Both the position numbers and the translations under genes were made by a program. DNA of 64,000 nucleotides from Bacillota bacterium (lineage in GTDB: Bacteria > Bacillota > Clostridia > Christensenellales > SZUA-584): assembly GCA_023412005.1 (NCBI GenBank), contig JAEYOE010000014.1, forward strand, positions 4,890-68,889. The letters run 5' to 3'. The first letter of the stretch is position 1; every line of letters begins with the position of its first letter. Positions 37,173-46,839 of this stretch are shown here, one piece after another. Below the pieces are notes generated by a model. The model was not told the origin of the DNA. It ran no database searches and saw only the letters and a list, made by a program, of their open reading frames with translations.

Positions 37173-37251
37173 CATTGACTTGCTGTGGCTCCCAACTAAA
37201 TGATATAGAAGTAGCGCTGTCAGCGGTATGAACCTCTAGCGAAATGGGCTT

Positions 37252-38418
37252 TTATACTTTATCCGATTTGTACACAATGTTCCCGTTGATAATGGTATAA
37301 AGGCAGTTGGTAAATGTGTTCATCGGGTTGCCGTCAAAAACAGCGATATCCGCATCTTTGCCGGGGCACAAGCTTCCCAGACGATCAGAAACACCACAAA
37401 TCTGTGCAGCATTAATGGTGATGGCTTTTAAGCCTTCATCAATGCCCAGGCCTTCCTTGGCGGCAAGCCCGGCACAAAGCGGAAGATACTGAATCAGCGA
37501 TACCGGATGATCCGTTGTTACGGCCACCTTGACGCCGGCATGATGCAGCTCGCCTGCCGTTTTAAAATCGGCGTATTGAATCTCCACCTTGTTTCTGGAA
37601 GCGAGGCCGGGGCCGACAATAGCGGGGAAGCCGGATTCCTTAATATGCGAGGCAATGAGATGACCTTCGGTGCAATGGTCCAGCGTCAGGTTCAAATTGT
37701 ATTCTTTAGCGATACGAATGGCCGTTAAAATATCGTCGGCACGGTGCACATGGGCTTTGAGCGGTATTTCTTTTCTAAACACAGGCAGCCAGCATTCGCG
37801 GCGGGGATTAACTTCAAACTGCTCATTCTTCGCTTCCGCTGCATTTTTTTGCTCATAATATATTTTTGCGTAGAACAGTTCTTCACGCAGCATAGCCCCG
37901 ATCGACATGCGTGTTGACGGCATCAGGTTGTTGCTGCCGTAGTTTTTTTTTGGGTTTTCTCCGAAAGCAATTTTCATTGCCGCCGGTTCTTTTACGATCA
38001 TATCATCCAGCCTGCGCCCGTCTGTTTTGATAAACACAAACTGACCGCCGACCACATTTGAGCTTCCGGGGCCGATCATGACTGAGGTGATTCCCGCCTT
38101 GATTGCGTTGTGAAATGCCGCGTCCATCGGATTGATGCCGTCAATAGCTTTTATGTACGGCGTTACCGGCATGGTGACTTCATTGCTGTCGTCACCGTCT
38201 GCGCCCGTTTTTTCTGATGATATACCGATATGGCAGTGGGATTCTATCAAGCCTGGGAGCACCCAGCAGCCGCGTGCATCAATTTCTATGCCGTCATGGT
38301 TTTTTGAGGAATCAATAAATTGGTCAGTCTGCACTATGCTGCGGCCTTTTGTTAAAACGCAGCCGTTCTCAACAGTAATCCCATTCATTATGAAAATTTT
38401 ACCGTTTTTTATTAACAT
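37252..38418 (-). CDS. Amidohydrolase family protein
   Basis: Starts MLIKNGKIF.., with the PGLIESHCHIG metal-binding motif and a late DADIAVFDG motif. Start moved to the ATG at 38418. The upstream 99 codons of the ORF-track call are the antisense reading of a repeat. Confidence 0.8.
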   Translation of the reverse strand: MLIKNGKIFIMNGITVENGCVLTKGRSIVQTDQFIDSSKNHDGIEIDARGCWVLPGLIESHCHIGISSEKTGADGDDSNEVTMPVTPYIKAIDGINPMDAAFHNAIKAGITSVMIGPGSSNVVGGQFVFIKTDGRRLDDMIVKEPAAMKIAFGENPKKNYGSNNLMPSTRMSIGAMLREELFYAKIYYEQKNAAEAKNEQFEVNPRRECWLPVFRKEIPLKAHVHRADDILTAIRIAKEYNLNLTLDHCTEGHLIASHIKESGFPAIVGPGLASRNKVEIQYADFKTAGELHHAGVKVAVTTDHPVSLIQYLPLCAGLAAKEGLGIDEGLKAITINAAQICGVSDRLGSLCPGKDADIAVFDGNPMNTFTNCLYTIINGNIVYKSDKV

Positions 38419-38511
38419 AAAATTCACTCCATTGAGATTAATACTAAGCAGATATTGAATAGCGTGCCCCTGATCAGAAAATAATAATCTTAAGAAATAT
38501 GAAAAGGAGAA

Positions 38512-38667
38512 ATGATGATGGATAACATTCAAAATGACCAGAACTGCAGAAACAACCAGAACCGGAACAACCGGCAGAATAACAATCAGAAGAACAACCA
38601 GAATCAGAACAACCGGCAGAACAACAATCAGAAAAACAACCAGAATCAGAATCAGAACAACCGATAG
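38512..38667 (+). CDS. 51-aa Asn/Gln-rich peptide
   Basis: AAGGAG SD, three ATGs, then MMMDNIQNDQNCRNNQNRNNRQNNNQKNNQNQNNRQNNNQKNNQNQNQNNR (25 Asn, 12 Gln), followed by a perfect 12-bp terminator. Too short for the ORF track. Confidence 0.5.
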   Translation: MMMDNIQNDQNCRNNQNRNNRQNNNQKNNQNQNNRQNNNQKNNQNQNQNNR

Positions 38668-38691
38668 ACAAGGCATCAAGATTGTATTGCA

Positions 38692-38726
38692 TTGGGATGT
38701 TGCAAAAAGCAACATCCCAATATTTT
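38692..38726. terminator. Bidirectional terminator hairpin
   Basis: TTGGGATGTTGC aaaaa GCAACATCCCAA is a perfect 12-bp stem followed by TATTTT. It sits between the N/Q peptide gene (+) and the Mn-catalase gene (-). Confidence 0.75.
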
Positions 38727-38727
38727 G

Positions 38728-39396
38728 TTAATTTGGGTTTGTGAATTGCGGCGGTTGCGGATTGCTGGGCGCAAAATACTGCCCGCCGGGTGAAGATAAG
38801 TCAAAATACATTTTCGAGTCGCCTGTTACGCCCCAGTCTTTTAACGACCCGGTGTCCTTTATTCTGTTGAACGCTTCACGGAACAATTGTGCGCTTCTTC
38901 GCGGTTTAGCAAAAAAGACAATGGTCTCACGAACGCCCTTGTCGTTAATCTGCCGGTAAAGATATTGATATACCACCTTGGCTCTTTCCTCTGCCGCAAT
39001 GTCAGAGAGTATATCCGCAGCGAGATCACCCGTTGCTTCAATATATGCGCCTGTCCATGGAAAACCTGACGCGTTGGTGAGGGCAGGCGTTAATTCCGTC
39101 TGGACATGAGCTTCAATGCTGCCGCTATTCGCGTTTGCCGCGTCCAGCGTGTGTCCGTTCAGCAAATTTACGGTTGTGGCAACCATCTCCATATGCCCGA
39201 GCTCTTCTGAAGCAACATCCAGGAAAAGATCCTTTATCTGCGGATCGTTGATAAGAAAGCTTTGCGACATATACTGAAGCGCCGCTTTTAGCTCGCCGTG
39301 CGGGCCGCTAAGCTGTTCCTGCATCATCGCTGCGTAGTTTGGGTTCGGTGCGTCAATTTTAACTGGAAAGAGAAGCTGTTTTTCGTGTTTGAACAT
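38728..39396 (-). CDS. Manganese catalase family protein (CotJC paralog) with a frame-shifted internal segment
   Basis: PHGELKAALQYMSQ, ASEELGHMEMV and AAEERAKVVYQYL motifs. Start placed at the ATG at 39396, after GGGAGGT. The expected FLxxRExxH motif is present only in another reading frame (see findings). Confidence 0.75.
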   Translation of the reverse strand: MFKHEKQLLFPVKIDAPNPNYAAMMQEQLSGPHGELKAALQYMSQSFLINDPQIKDLFLDVASEELGHMEMVATTVNLLNGHTLDAANANSGSIEAHVQTELTPALTNASGFPWTGAYIEATGDLAADILSDIAAEERAKVVYQYLYRQINDKGVRETIVFFAKPRRSAQLFREAFNRIKDTGSLKDWGVTGDSKMYFDLSSPGGQYFAPSNPQPPQFTNPN

Positions 39397-39541
39397 GAGG
39401 TTACCTCCCAAAACAAATTGTTCGGTTTTATTCTCTTCAACAAAAAAGCTTATTCGTTCAAATCATTAAAACGACTGTTTGTTTTAATGAAAAACAAAGA
39501 GATATAGCCGTCGTGATAACCTGAAATATAACGAGTCAGTG

Positions 39542-40327
39542 CTATATGCGCGATTTCATATGCGTCAGTGAGCCGCCGTTTTTAACGAGCAGTATTTCGC
39601 TGATGATGCTGAGAGCAACCTCGGCAGGCTGACCGCCGCCAAGAGCGATGCCGATGGGGGTATAGACCGCGTCAAGATCACGTCGCGCTATGCCCTTTTG
39701 CTCGAGACTGTCCATCATTACCTTCACTTTGTTGCGGCTGCCGATCACGCCGATGTATGCCGGCCTTTTTTGTATCAGGTGATAGAGCGCTGCTTCATCG
39801 TGCTTATGGCCGTGGGTCGCGATAACCACATACGTGGTTTCGGGCGAAAACTCAAGCTTTTCGCATTCCTTGCCGATATCGCCGACGATGACGGCTTTGG
39901 CTTCGGGGAAGAATGGCGATGCAGCCACATCGGCCCGGTCGTCAATCACGACGGCATCGTAACCGAGTATTTGCGCAAACTGATACACAGCCCGCCCGAC
40001 ATGCCCCGCGCCCACCAGCACGAGCAGCGTCGGCGGGGAATAGACCTTGATGAAAATTTCCACCTGCCCGCCGCATTCCATACCGAGATCATTTTTAAGA
40101 TCATACGAAAAGGAGCCGTTTAAACCCCGGCTCAAGCTCTCCTTCGCTTTTTCGATGGCCATATGCTCAAGATTGCCGCCGCCAACCGTTCCGCCGATGT
40201 TGCCGGATGCATCGACCAGCATATCTTTCCCAACCTCGGCAGGGGTCGACCCTGTGGCGGAGGTCACTGTCACCAAAGCCACTGTTTTGTTTTGCTTGAT
40301 CAGTTCAGGTATGCGTTCAATCAGCAT
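39542..40327 (-). CDS. XdhC/CoxI family molybdenum-hydroxylase accessory protein
   Basis: N-terminal XdhC_CoxI pattern (VALVTVTSATGSTPAEVGKDMLV..GGTVGGG) and a Rossmann part VLVGAGHVGRAV. Confidence 0.8.
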   Translation of the reverse strand: MLIERIPELIKQNKTVALVTVTSATGSTPAEVGKDMLVDASGNIGGTVGGGNLEHMAIEKAKESLSRGLNGSFSYDLKNDLGMECGGQVEIFIKVYSPPTLLVLVGAGHVGRAVYQFAQILGYDAVVIDDRADVAASPFFPEAKAVIVGDIGKECEKLEFSPETTYVVIATHGHKHDEAALYHLIQKRPAYIGVIGSRNKVKVMMDSLEQKGIARRDLDAVYTPIGIALGGGQPAEVALSIISEILLVKNGGSLTHMKSRI

Positions 40328-41126
40328 GGTTTGTCTCCTTTGTTAAATGATTAATGGCAAAGAGCGTACCAAAACCGATCATACGCGCTTTGTCGGATAT
40401 TGAAAAGCAGTGGTCATAAACGTCCCTTGGGTCTATGTCCGCTGTTTTAAAGCCTTTTATCACCTCATAACCATCGCGAATCAGGCCACGTAGTATACCG
40501 CTGATTTTTGCAATGACAGGTACACCGCTTACCTCAGCGATGGTTTCACCCTGCATCACATGATCGCCGATTTTTTTGCAGCATTTGATGATACCGGCTG
40601 CGGGTGCGTAGATGACGCGCTCATGCGAATAACCGCCGATCATGCCGGGAACACCGGTGTTCGGCTGGGCAGTACCATTTAATATCATGCGGCCCAAATG
40701 ATGGCCGCGCGCCGTTTCGACCACCGCATGAACATCCTCTCCGGCGGTAAAGCCCGGCCCAAGGCCGATCACCACCGGCGCCATATGTATATCTGTGCCT
40801 GTATTTTTTTTAGCGATAATCGCGTCAACGACGATGTCGGGTTTTAATTCATGAGTGATCTGACAGTTCGGATCAATCACAATCGGCACAAAACCTTGAT
40901 GATGTGCCTTTATTATCTCGGACTTGTTTTCGCACAGAACCGCCGTAATACCCTCAACGGCGGCGGTGCCGTCGTAAACGGCTTCGCAGAGCGACACCGT
41001 GCGCCTGATGGCCGACGGCTTGTCCGTTTCTGTTGCAATCACCGTATAATTAAAATGCTTGAGCATGTATATCACGCCGGTCGCTAGGTCTCCCGCGCCT
41101 CTGACAATCACCAGCTTTTCGCTCAT
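40317..41126 (-). CDS. yqeB: Selenium-dependent molybdenum hydroxylase system protein YqeB
   Basis: KLVIVRGAGDLATGV... is the YqeB-family N-terminus. The ATG at 41126 follows AAGGAGAG and forms an ATGA overlap with the yqeC stop. Confidence 0.75.
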   Translation of the reverse strand: MSEKLVIVRGAGDLATGVIYMLKHFNYTVIATETDKPSAIRRTVSLCEAVYDGTAAVEGITAVLCENKSEIIKAHHQGFVPIVIDPNCQITHELKPDIVVDAIIAKKNTGTDIHMAPVVIGLGPGFTAGEDVHAVVETARGHHLGRMILNGTAQPNTGVPGMIGGYSHERVIYAPAAGIIKCCKKIGDHVMQGETIAEVSGVPVIAKISGILRGLIRDGYEVIKGFKTADIDPRDVYDHCFSISDKARMIGFGTLFAINHLTKETNHAD

Positions 41127-41851
41127 ATCTCTCCTTCCTTCATCCATACATAGAATTCGGTGAACCAGGCTTCTTCTCGGCTTGTAAAAAGCACCGGAAC
41201 AGCACTCTTTTCAAGAGTCTTGTTGATCTCGTTTTTGACGGATGCATGAATCAAATCGCTCTTGTTGAGAAAAACAATTTTCCTTGCCTCCTGCGGTGCA
41301 CCTTTGAATAAACCCTTTGGATGTTTGATTAAACGAAGCCAATGCTGTTCCGTGATGATATCGCCCGCGTTTGATTCGGTAACATCCGCAAAAAGATCAG
41401 CGCGATGCACAAATTCGTCTGTGATCGGCTTGCCAAGGCAATCAAGGCCGATCACGCCGATAACGATTTTTGTATGGAGGGGATAAACGGGCTCCGTTTC
41501 ATTCGGTGCCTTAACCGGCTTTCTGGCTGAACCATCAGCTTCTGTAATAATACAATCGAACAGAGGAGGAAGCTGTGCCATTTCGTCCGGTGTATAGCCC
41601 AGCAGCTTGCCATGAGGCAGCTGGGCCTTTGCGGCTGTCAACAATAAGTTGTCGGCTGTCAGGTATTGGACAGGCCCGATATAAACACTTCCTTTGCCGG
41701 GATGAAATATCTTTGTGGTCGTTGTGAATAAGGTGCGCCAGCCTTTGCGGGAAAGCTCATATGCAATTTTACAGCCGACAGTCGTCTTTCCGCCGCCGCC
41801 CACAACAGAAATGATCATATCCTTTATTCCTTGCTTATCATTGTTAAACAT
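41123..41851 (-). CDS. yqeC: Selenium cofactor biosynthesis protein YqeC
   Basis: P-loop VVGGGGKTT and FTTTTKIFHP. The true start may be the internal ATG at 41818. Confidence 0.75.
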   Translation of the reverse strand: MFNNDKQGIKDMIISVVGGGGKTTVGCKIAYELSRKGWRTLFTTTTKIFHPGKGSVYIGPVQYLTADNLLLTAAKAQLPHGKLLGYTPDEMAQLPPLFDCIITEADGSARKPVKAPNETEPVYPLHTKIVIGVIGLDCLGKPITDEFVHRADLFADVTESNAGDIITEQHWLRLIKHPKGLFKGAPQEARKIVFLNKSDLIHASVKNEINKTLEKSAVPVLFTSREEAWFTEFYVWMKEGEI

Positions 41852-42073
41852 TGTAGACTATTAAGGGCAAAATGACAACAAATGCGGTTTGATGTCAGCT
41901 GTATTTTACGCCTCAAATGTATACTTCGTTATATATTGACAAAGACAGTTTGACATGATACATTGATACCATAAAAATAATTAGGTGATTAAAATATTTT
42001 TGTATTATGAAAGTTTTTTACGAGTCTGTAAAGAAGAATAAGAATGCGGAGATACTATTCATTAACGGAAGAT

Positions 42074-42100
42074 AAGGCAGTGTATTTTCATTGCCTTTTT
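42074..42100 (+). terminator. Terminator-like hairpin in the ygeY leader (possible attenuator)
   Basis: AAGGCAGTG tatttt CATTGCCTT is a 9-bp stem with one G-U pair followed by TTT. It ends 32 nt before the ygeY ATG. Confidence 0.35.
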
Positions 42101-42131
42101 AAATTGAAATAAACGTGAGGAGCATAAAAAA

Positions 42132-43331
42132 ATGGATTTTTCATTGATTAAACAAAGGGCATCCGAATACGAGCAGGCGATGACAAAGTTTTTAAGAGAG
42201 CTGATTGCGATTCCGGGCGAAAGCGCGGGAGAAGAAAAGGTGATCGGCCGCATCAAGCAGGAGATGGAAGCACTCGGCTTCGATAAAATCGAGGTTGACC
42301 CGATGGGCAATATCTTAGGGTATATGGGCGACGGAGATAAAATCGTCGCATATGATGCACATATTGATACTGTGGGCATCGGCAACATCGATAACTGGAC
42401 CTTTGACCCGTATGCCGGATACGAGACGGACGAGGAAATCGGCGGCAGAGGCGCGTCTGATCAGCTCGGCGGCATTGTCAGTGCCGTTTATGGTGCAAAA
42501 ATCATGAAGGAATTGGGACTGCTTGCGGGCTATAAAGTGCTTGTAACGGGCACGGTGCAGGAGGAAGACTGCGACGGCTTATGCTGGCAGTACATCATCA
42601 ATGAGGATAAGGTGACTCCCGAGTTTGTGGTGATCACCGAACCGACTGACGGGCGCATTTACAGAGGCCAACGTGGCCGCATGGAGATTCGTGTGGACGT
42701 TAAGGGTATTTCGTGCCATGGCTCCGCGCCCGAGCGCGGCGACAACGCAATTTATAAGATGGCGGAAATCATCTCGGAAGTGAAGGAGCTTAACAATCGG
42801 CTTCGTTATGACGAATTCCTCGGCAAAGGCACGCTGGCCGTTTCTGAAATTTTCTTCACATCACCGTCACGCTGCGCTGTGGCCGACAGCTGCGCGATTT
42901 CAATCGACAGACGGCTGACCGACGGCGAAACATATGAATCGGCGCTCGAGGAAATCAGAACGCTGCCCGCTGTGAAGAAATATAATGCCGAGGTCTCGAT
43001 GTATAAATACGACAGAGCCTCATATACGGGCCTTGTTTACCCGACCGACTGCTTCTTCCCAACGTGGGTGTCGCCGGAAGATCATGTGACCACGCAGTCG
43101 ATGGTGGAAGCGTATGAAGGCATGTACGGTACGCCTGTTGTTGATAAGTGGACATTCTCCACGAACGGCGTATCGATCATGGGCCGTTACAATATTCCGT
43201 GCATCGGCTTCGGGCCGGGCAAAGAGGCGCAGGCTCATGCCCCGAACGAGAAAACATGGAAGGCCGATTTGGTGAAATGCGCGGCTGTGTACGCGGCTCT
43301 GCCCGAATGCTACCGCAAAAGAGATAAATAA
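42132..43331 (+). CDS. ygeY: YgeY family selenium metabolism-linked hydrolase (M20 peptidase fold)
   Basis: M20/ArgE-like motifs ([15 protein letters not shown]) and its position next to ygeW. Confidence 0.8.
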   Translation: MDFSLIKQRASEYEQAMTKFLRELIAIPGESAGEEKVIGRIKQEMEALGFDKIEVDPMGNILGYMGDGDKIVAYDAHIDTVGIGNIDNWTFDPYAGYETDEEIGGRGASDQLGGIVSAVYGAKIMKELGLLAGYKVLVTGTVQEEDCDGLCWQYIINEDKVTPEFVVITEPTDGRIYRGQRGRMEIRVDVKGISCHGSAPERGDNAIYKMAEIISEVKELNNRLRYDEFLGKGTLAVSEIFFTSPSRCAVADSCAISIDRRLTDGETYESALEEIRTLPAVKKYNAEVSMYKYDRASYTGLVYPTDCFFPTWVSPEDHVTTQSMVEAYEGMYGTPVVDKWTFSTNGVSIMGRYNIPCIGFGPGKEAQAHAPNEKTWKADLVKCAAVYAALPECYRKRDK

Positions 43332-43351
43332 AAATGAGAGGATTTAATAAT

Positions 43352-44545
43352 ATGAGCGATATGAAAAAAATGCTGGAGCAGCTGTCGGCACTGAATTTAA
43401 AGGATATGTATTTGAACGACTTCCTTCTGACTTGGGAAAAGTCTGACGATGAAATACAGGGTGTGTTTCAGGTTGCCGAGCTGCTGCGCAAAATGCGTGA
43501 GAACAACATAAGTTCAAGGATATTCGACAGCGGGCTTGCAATCTCGCTGTTCAGAGACAACTCCACACGCACACGTTTCAGCTTTGCGAGCGCGTGCAAT
43601 CTGCTGGGCCTCACCGTGCAGGATCTTGACGAAGGCAAATCGCAAATTGCTCACGGCGAAACGGTGAGAGAAACAGCCAACATGATTTCGTTCATGGCGG
43701 ACGTTATCGGTATTCGCGACGATATGTACATCGGCAAGGGCAACACATACATGCGCGAGGTGTCCGGCTTTGTGAAGCAGGGCTTTGACGACGGCGTGCT
43801 GGAACAGCGCCCCACGCTGGTGAACCTCCAGTGTGATATCGACCACCCGACACAGTCGATGGCGGATATGCTGCACATCATCAAGGAATTCGGCGGTGTG
43901 GAAAACCTGAAAGGCAAGAAAATCGCGATGACATGGGCGTATTCACCCTCTTACGGCAAACCGCTTTCGGTGCCGCAGGGCGTCATCGGCCTGATGACGC
44001 GCTTTGGCATGGATGTGACGCTGGCACATCCGGAAGGCTATGAAGTGATGAGCGAGGTGGAAGAGGTAGCGAAAAGGAATGCGGCAGCCACCGGCGGCAG
44101 CTTCACCAAAACAAACAGCATGAGCGAAGCGTTTAAGGATGCCGATATCGTGTACCCCAAGAGCTGGGCTCCGTATGCCGCGATGGAGAAGAGAACCGTG
44201 ATGTACGGCAATGGCGATTACGACGGCATCAAGGCGCTCGAGAAAGAGCTGCTGGCTCAAAACGCGCAGCATAAAGACTGGGAATGCACCGAAGAGATGA
44301 TGAGCCTCACGAAGGATAAGAAAGCGCTTTATCTGCATTGTCTGCCCGCTGATATCACAGGCGTATCGTGCGCAGAGGGCGAGGTGGCCGCGAGCGTGTT
44401 TGACCGCTACCGTGAGCCGCTTTATAAAGAAGCGGGCAACAAGCCGTACATCATCGCGGCGATGATTCTTTTGAGCAAGGTGAAGGATCCGGCTGCTGTG
44501 CTGAAAGGTTTGATCGACAAGAACAATCAAAGATGGATAGGATGA
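43352..44545 (+). CDS. ygeW: Knotted carbamoyltransferase YgeW
   Basis: Near-colinear with E. coli YgeW as remembered: DFLLTWE, FRDNSTRTRFSFASA, DLDEGKSQIAHGETVRETANMISF, NLQCDIDHPTQSMAD and HCLPADI. Confidence 0.9.
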   Translation: MSDMKKMLEQLSALNLKDMYLNDFLLTWEKSDDEIQGVFQVAELLRKMRENNISSRIFDSGLAISLFRDNSTRTRFSFASACNLLGLTVQDLDEGKSQIAHGETVRETANMISFMADVIGIRDDMYIGKGNTYMREVSGFVKQGFDDGVLEQRPTLVNLQCDIDHPTQSMADMLHIIKEFGGVENLKGKKIAMTWAYSPSYGKPLSVPQGVIGLMTRFGMDVTLAHPEGYEVMSEVEEVAKRNAAATGGSFTKTNSMSEAFKDADIVYPKSWAPYAAMEKRTVMYGNGDYDGIKALEKELLAQNAQHKDWECTEEMMSLTKDKKALYLHCLPADITGVSCAEGEVAASVFDRYREPLYKEAGNKPYIIAAMILLSKVKDPAAVLKGLIDKNNQRWIG

Positions 44546-44551
44546 TAAGCC

Positions 44552-45478
44552 GTGAATAAAAGAATCGTCATTGCCCTTGGCGGCAATGCGCTCGGAAAAA
44601 ACTTATCGGAGCAGATGGTGGCCGTCAGAAAAACGAGCAAGAAGATCGTCGAGCTCGTTAAAGACGGCTATCAGGTGGTGGTGACGCACGGCAACGGCCC
44701 GCAGGTTGGTCTCGTTACCGACTGTTTCGATTCGTATAAAATCAATCACGAGATTGACGATTTTACGATGTCGGTTTGCGTCAGCATCACACAAGGCTAT
44801 ATCGGTTACGATCTGCAAAACATGCTGCGTGAGGAGCTGCTGAATCAGGGGCTGAATATCCCTGTGTCCACGGTGATTACGCAGGTCATTGTAGACCCGA
44901 ACGATCCTGCGTTTCAGGAGCCGACCAAGCCGATCGGGCTGTATCTCACCGAAGAGCAAGCCGAAAAACGCCGCAGCATGGGTGAAACAATCGCCGAGTT
45001 CCCGCAAGGGTACCGTCAGGTGGTTGCATCGCCGGAGCCGCAGCACATCGTGGAATACGAAACGATTCACACGCTGCTTGATGCCGGGCAGGTCGTCATT
45101 GCATGCGGCGGGGGCGGTATTCCGGTGATGGAAATCGGTAACCGGCTCAAAGGCGTGGAAGCGATTATCGACAAGGATTACACCAGCGCTGAGCTTGCCA
45201 AATTGATAGACGCCGATTATTTTGTTATACTGACAGCAGTGGAAAAGGTGGCGCTGAACTTCGGCAAGGAAAACGAACAGTGGCTTAACAGCTTAAACTG
45301 CGCCGACGCACAGAAGTATATCGAAGAGGGACAGTTCGGCAAAGGCTCGATGCTGCCCAAGGTGAAAGCGGCGATGCGCGTGGTGACGGTGAAACCGGAA
45401 TGCAAGGCGCTGATCACATCGCTCGAAGGGCTGATTGACGGCCTGAACGGAAAAACCGGTACACTGATTACGCCCTGA
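44552..45478 (+). CDS. arcC: Carbamate kinase
   Basis: IVIALGGNAL, THGNGPQVG and CGGGGIPV motifs. GTG start. This is the YqeA-equivalent position. Confidence 0.85.
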   Translation: MNKRIVIALGGNALGKNLSEQMVAVRKTSKKIVELVKDGYQVVVTHGNGPQVGLVTDCFDSYKINHEIDDFTMSVCVSITQGYIGYDLQNMLREELLNQGLNIPVSTVITQVIVDPNDPAFQEPTKPIGLYLTEEQAEKRRSMGETIAEFPQGYRQVVASPEPQHIVEYETIHTLLDAGQVVIACGGGGIPVMEIGNRLKGVEAIIDKDYTSAELAKLIDADYFVILTAVEKVALNFGKENEQWLNSLNCADAQKYIEEGQFGKGSMLPKVKAAMRVVTVKPECKALITSLEGLIDGLNGKTGTLITP

Positions 45479-45495
45479 AACGAGAGGAGCTTTCT

Positions 45496-46821
45496 ATGAT
45501 ATTGATCGGAAACGGACTGCTTATCACACAAAACGATGCAAGCCCTTTTGTGTCAGACGGATGTGTCGCTGTGGATGGCAGCGTGATTGCCAATTTTGGT
45601 AGCACAGCGGATATGAAGCAAAAGTATCCGTCCGCCGCGTTTTATAACGCGGAAGGGCGCGTGATTATGCCGGGTCTGATCAATACACACGGGCATATTT
45701 ACAGCGCGTTCGCGCGCGGGATGATACTCAAAGACAGCAAGGTCTCAAAAAACTTTACACAGATACTTGAAAATCTCTGGTGGCGGCTTGACAGAGCACT
45801 TGGCTTGCCGGAGATTGAATACAGCGCGTATACCACGTACATCGACGGTATCAAAAATGGTGTCACCACGGTATACGATCATCACGCGAGTGCCGGGCAC
45901 GTGCCGGGCAGCCTGATGACAATTGCGGCTGTCGCCAAAAAGCTCGGCGTGCGTACATCGCTTTGCTACGAGGTGTCCGACAGAGACGGGCAGAGAATCG
46001 CCGATCAGGGAATCAAAGAGAACGCGGATTTCATCGCCTATGCGAACAGCCAAACCGGCGATATGGTGAAAGCGTTGTTTGGGCTTCACGCATCGTTTAC
46101 GCTGTCTGACGAGACGCTGGAGAAATGCGCCGCGGCTGCCAATGGCACCGGGTTCCATGTGCACGCGGCGGAAGGCATCGACGATTTGTACGACAATCTC
46201 AAAAAATACGGCAAGCGCGTGGTGGAACGGCTGCTTGATGCAAAGATACTCGGCCCGCAGACGCTGGCGATTCACGCGATTCATATTAACGCGCGCGAGA
46301 TGGACATTTTGCAGCACACCGATACCATGGTGGTGCACAACCCCGAAAGCAACATGGGCAACGCGGTGGGGTGCTCGGCGGTGCTTCAGATGATGGAAAA
46401 AGGCATATTACTAGGTTTGGGTACCGACGGTTATACCACGGATATGCTCGAATCGTTCAAGGTTGCCAATATACTGCATAAGCACAACATGGGGGACCCG
46501 AGTGTGGCCTGGGGCGAATCGGCGCAGATGCTGCTGAGGAATAACCCGAAGATCTGCGCACGGCATTTCAGCCAGCCGCTCGGCATTATAGAAAAAGGCG
46601 CTTTGGCAGATATCATCGTGGTGGATTATGATGCGCCGACACCGATCAACGACAACAATATCTCGTCACATATACTGTTCGGTATGTCGGGGCGAAGCGT
46701 GGTGTCCACTATGATCAACGGCGAATTTGTGATGAAGGATCGCGTGCTGCAAACGGCAGATGAGCGCGAGGTGATGGCCAAAGCACGCGAGACCGCCAGC
46801 GAATTCTGGAAACGCGTATAA
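45496..46821 (+). CDS. ssnA: Putative aminohydrolase SsnA
   Basis: Amidohydrolase with PGLINTHGHIYSAFARG and HAAE motifs. 441 aa. Sits in the conserved neighbourhood with ygfK. Confidence 0.8.
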   Translation: MILIGNGLLITQNDASPFVSDGCVAVDGSVIANFGSTADMKQKYPSAAFYNAEGRVIMPGLINTHGHIYSAFARGMILKDSKVSKNFTQILENLWWRLDRALGLPEIEYSAYTTYIDGIKNGVTTVYDHHASAGHVPGSLMTIAAVAKKLGVRTSLCYEVSDRDGQRIADQGIKENADFIAYANSQTGDMVKALFGLHASFTLSDETLEKCAAAANGTGFHVHAAEGIDDLYDNLKKYGKRVVERLLDAKILGPQTLAIHAIHINAREMDILQHTDTMVVHNPESNMGNAVGCSAVLQMMEKGILLGLGTDGYTTDMLESFKVANILHKHNMGDPSVAWGESAQMLLRNNPKICARHFSQPLGIIEKGALADIIVVDYDAPTPINDNNISSHILFGMSGRSVVSTMINGEFVMKDRVLQTADEREVMAKARETASEFWKRV

Positions 46822-46839
46822 TTGTAAAGGGGAGCCGCT

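Noticed and set aside
38534-38700. Short periodic repeats that could be mistaken for a CRISPR or VNTR array.
   Set aside because: There is no repeat-spacer organisation. The periodicity is codon-level (AAC/CAG) low complexity inside a small ORF.
38419-38715. A 99-codon Leu/Val/Ile-rich N-terminal extension of the amidohydrolase ORF (ORF-track call 37252..38715).
   Set aside because: It is the antisense reading of the AAC/CAG repeat. Homology to amidohydrolases starts at MLIKNGKIF (ATG at 38418). The plus-strand N/Q ORF has its own SD and terminator.
41852-42131. A purine, xanthine (NMT1) or Moco riboswitch upstream of the purine-degradation operons, also examined at 59520..60123.
   Set aside because: I could not find the conserved cores I know, for example the TATA...GTTTCTACC...CCGTAAA purine junction. 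Absence by eye is not proof, so a covariance-model scan is still needed.
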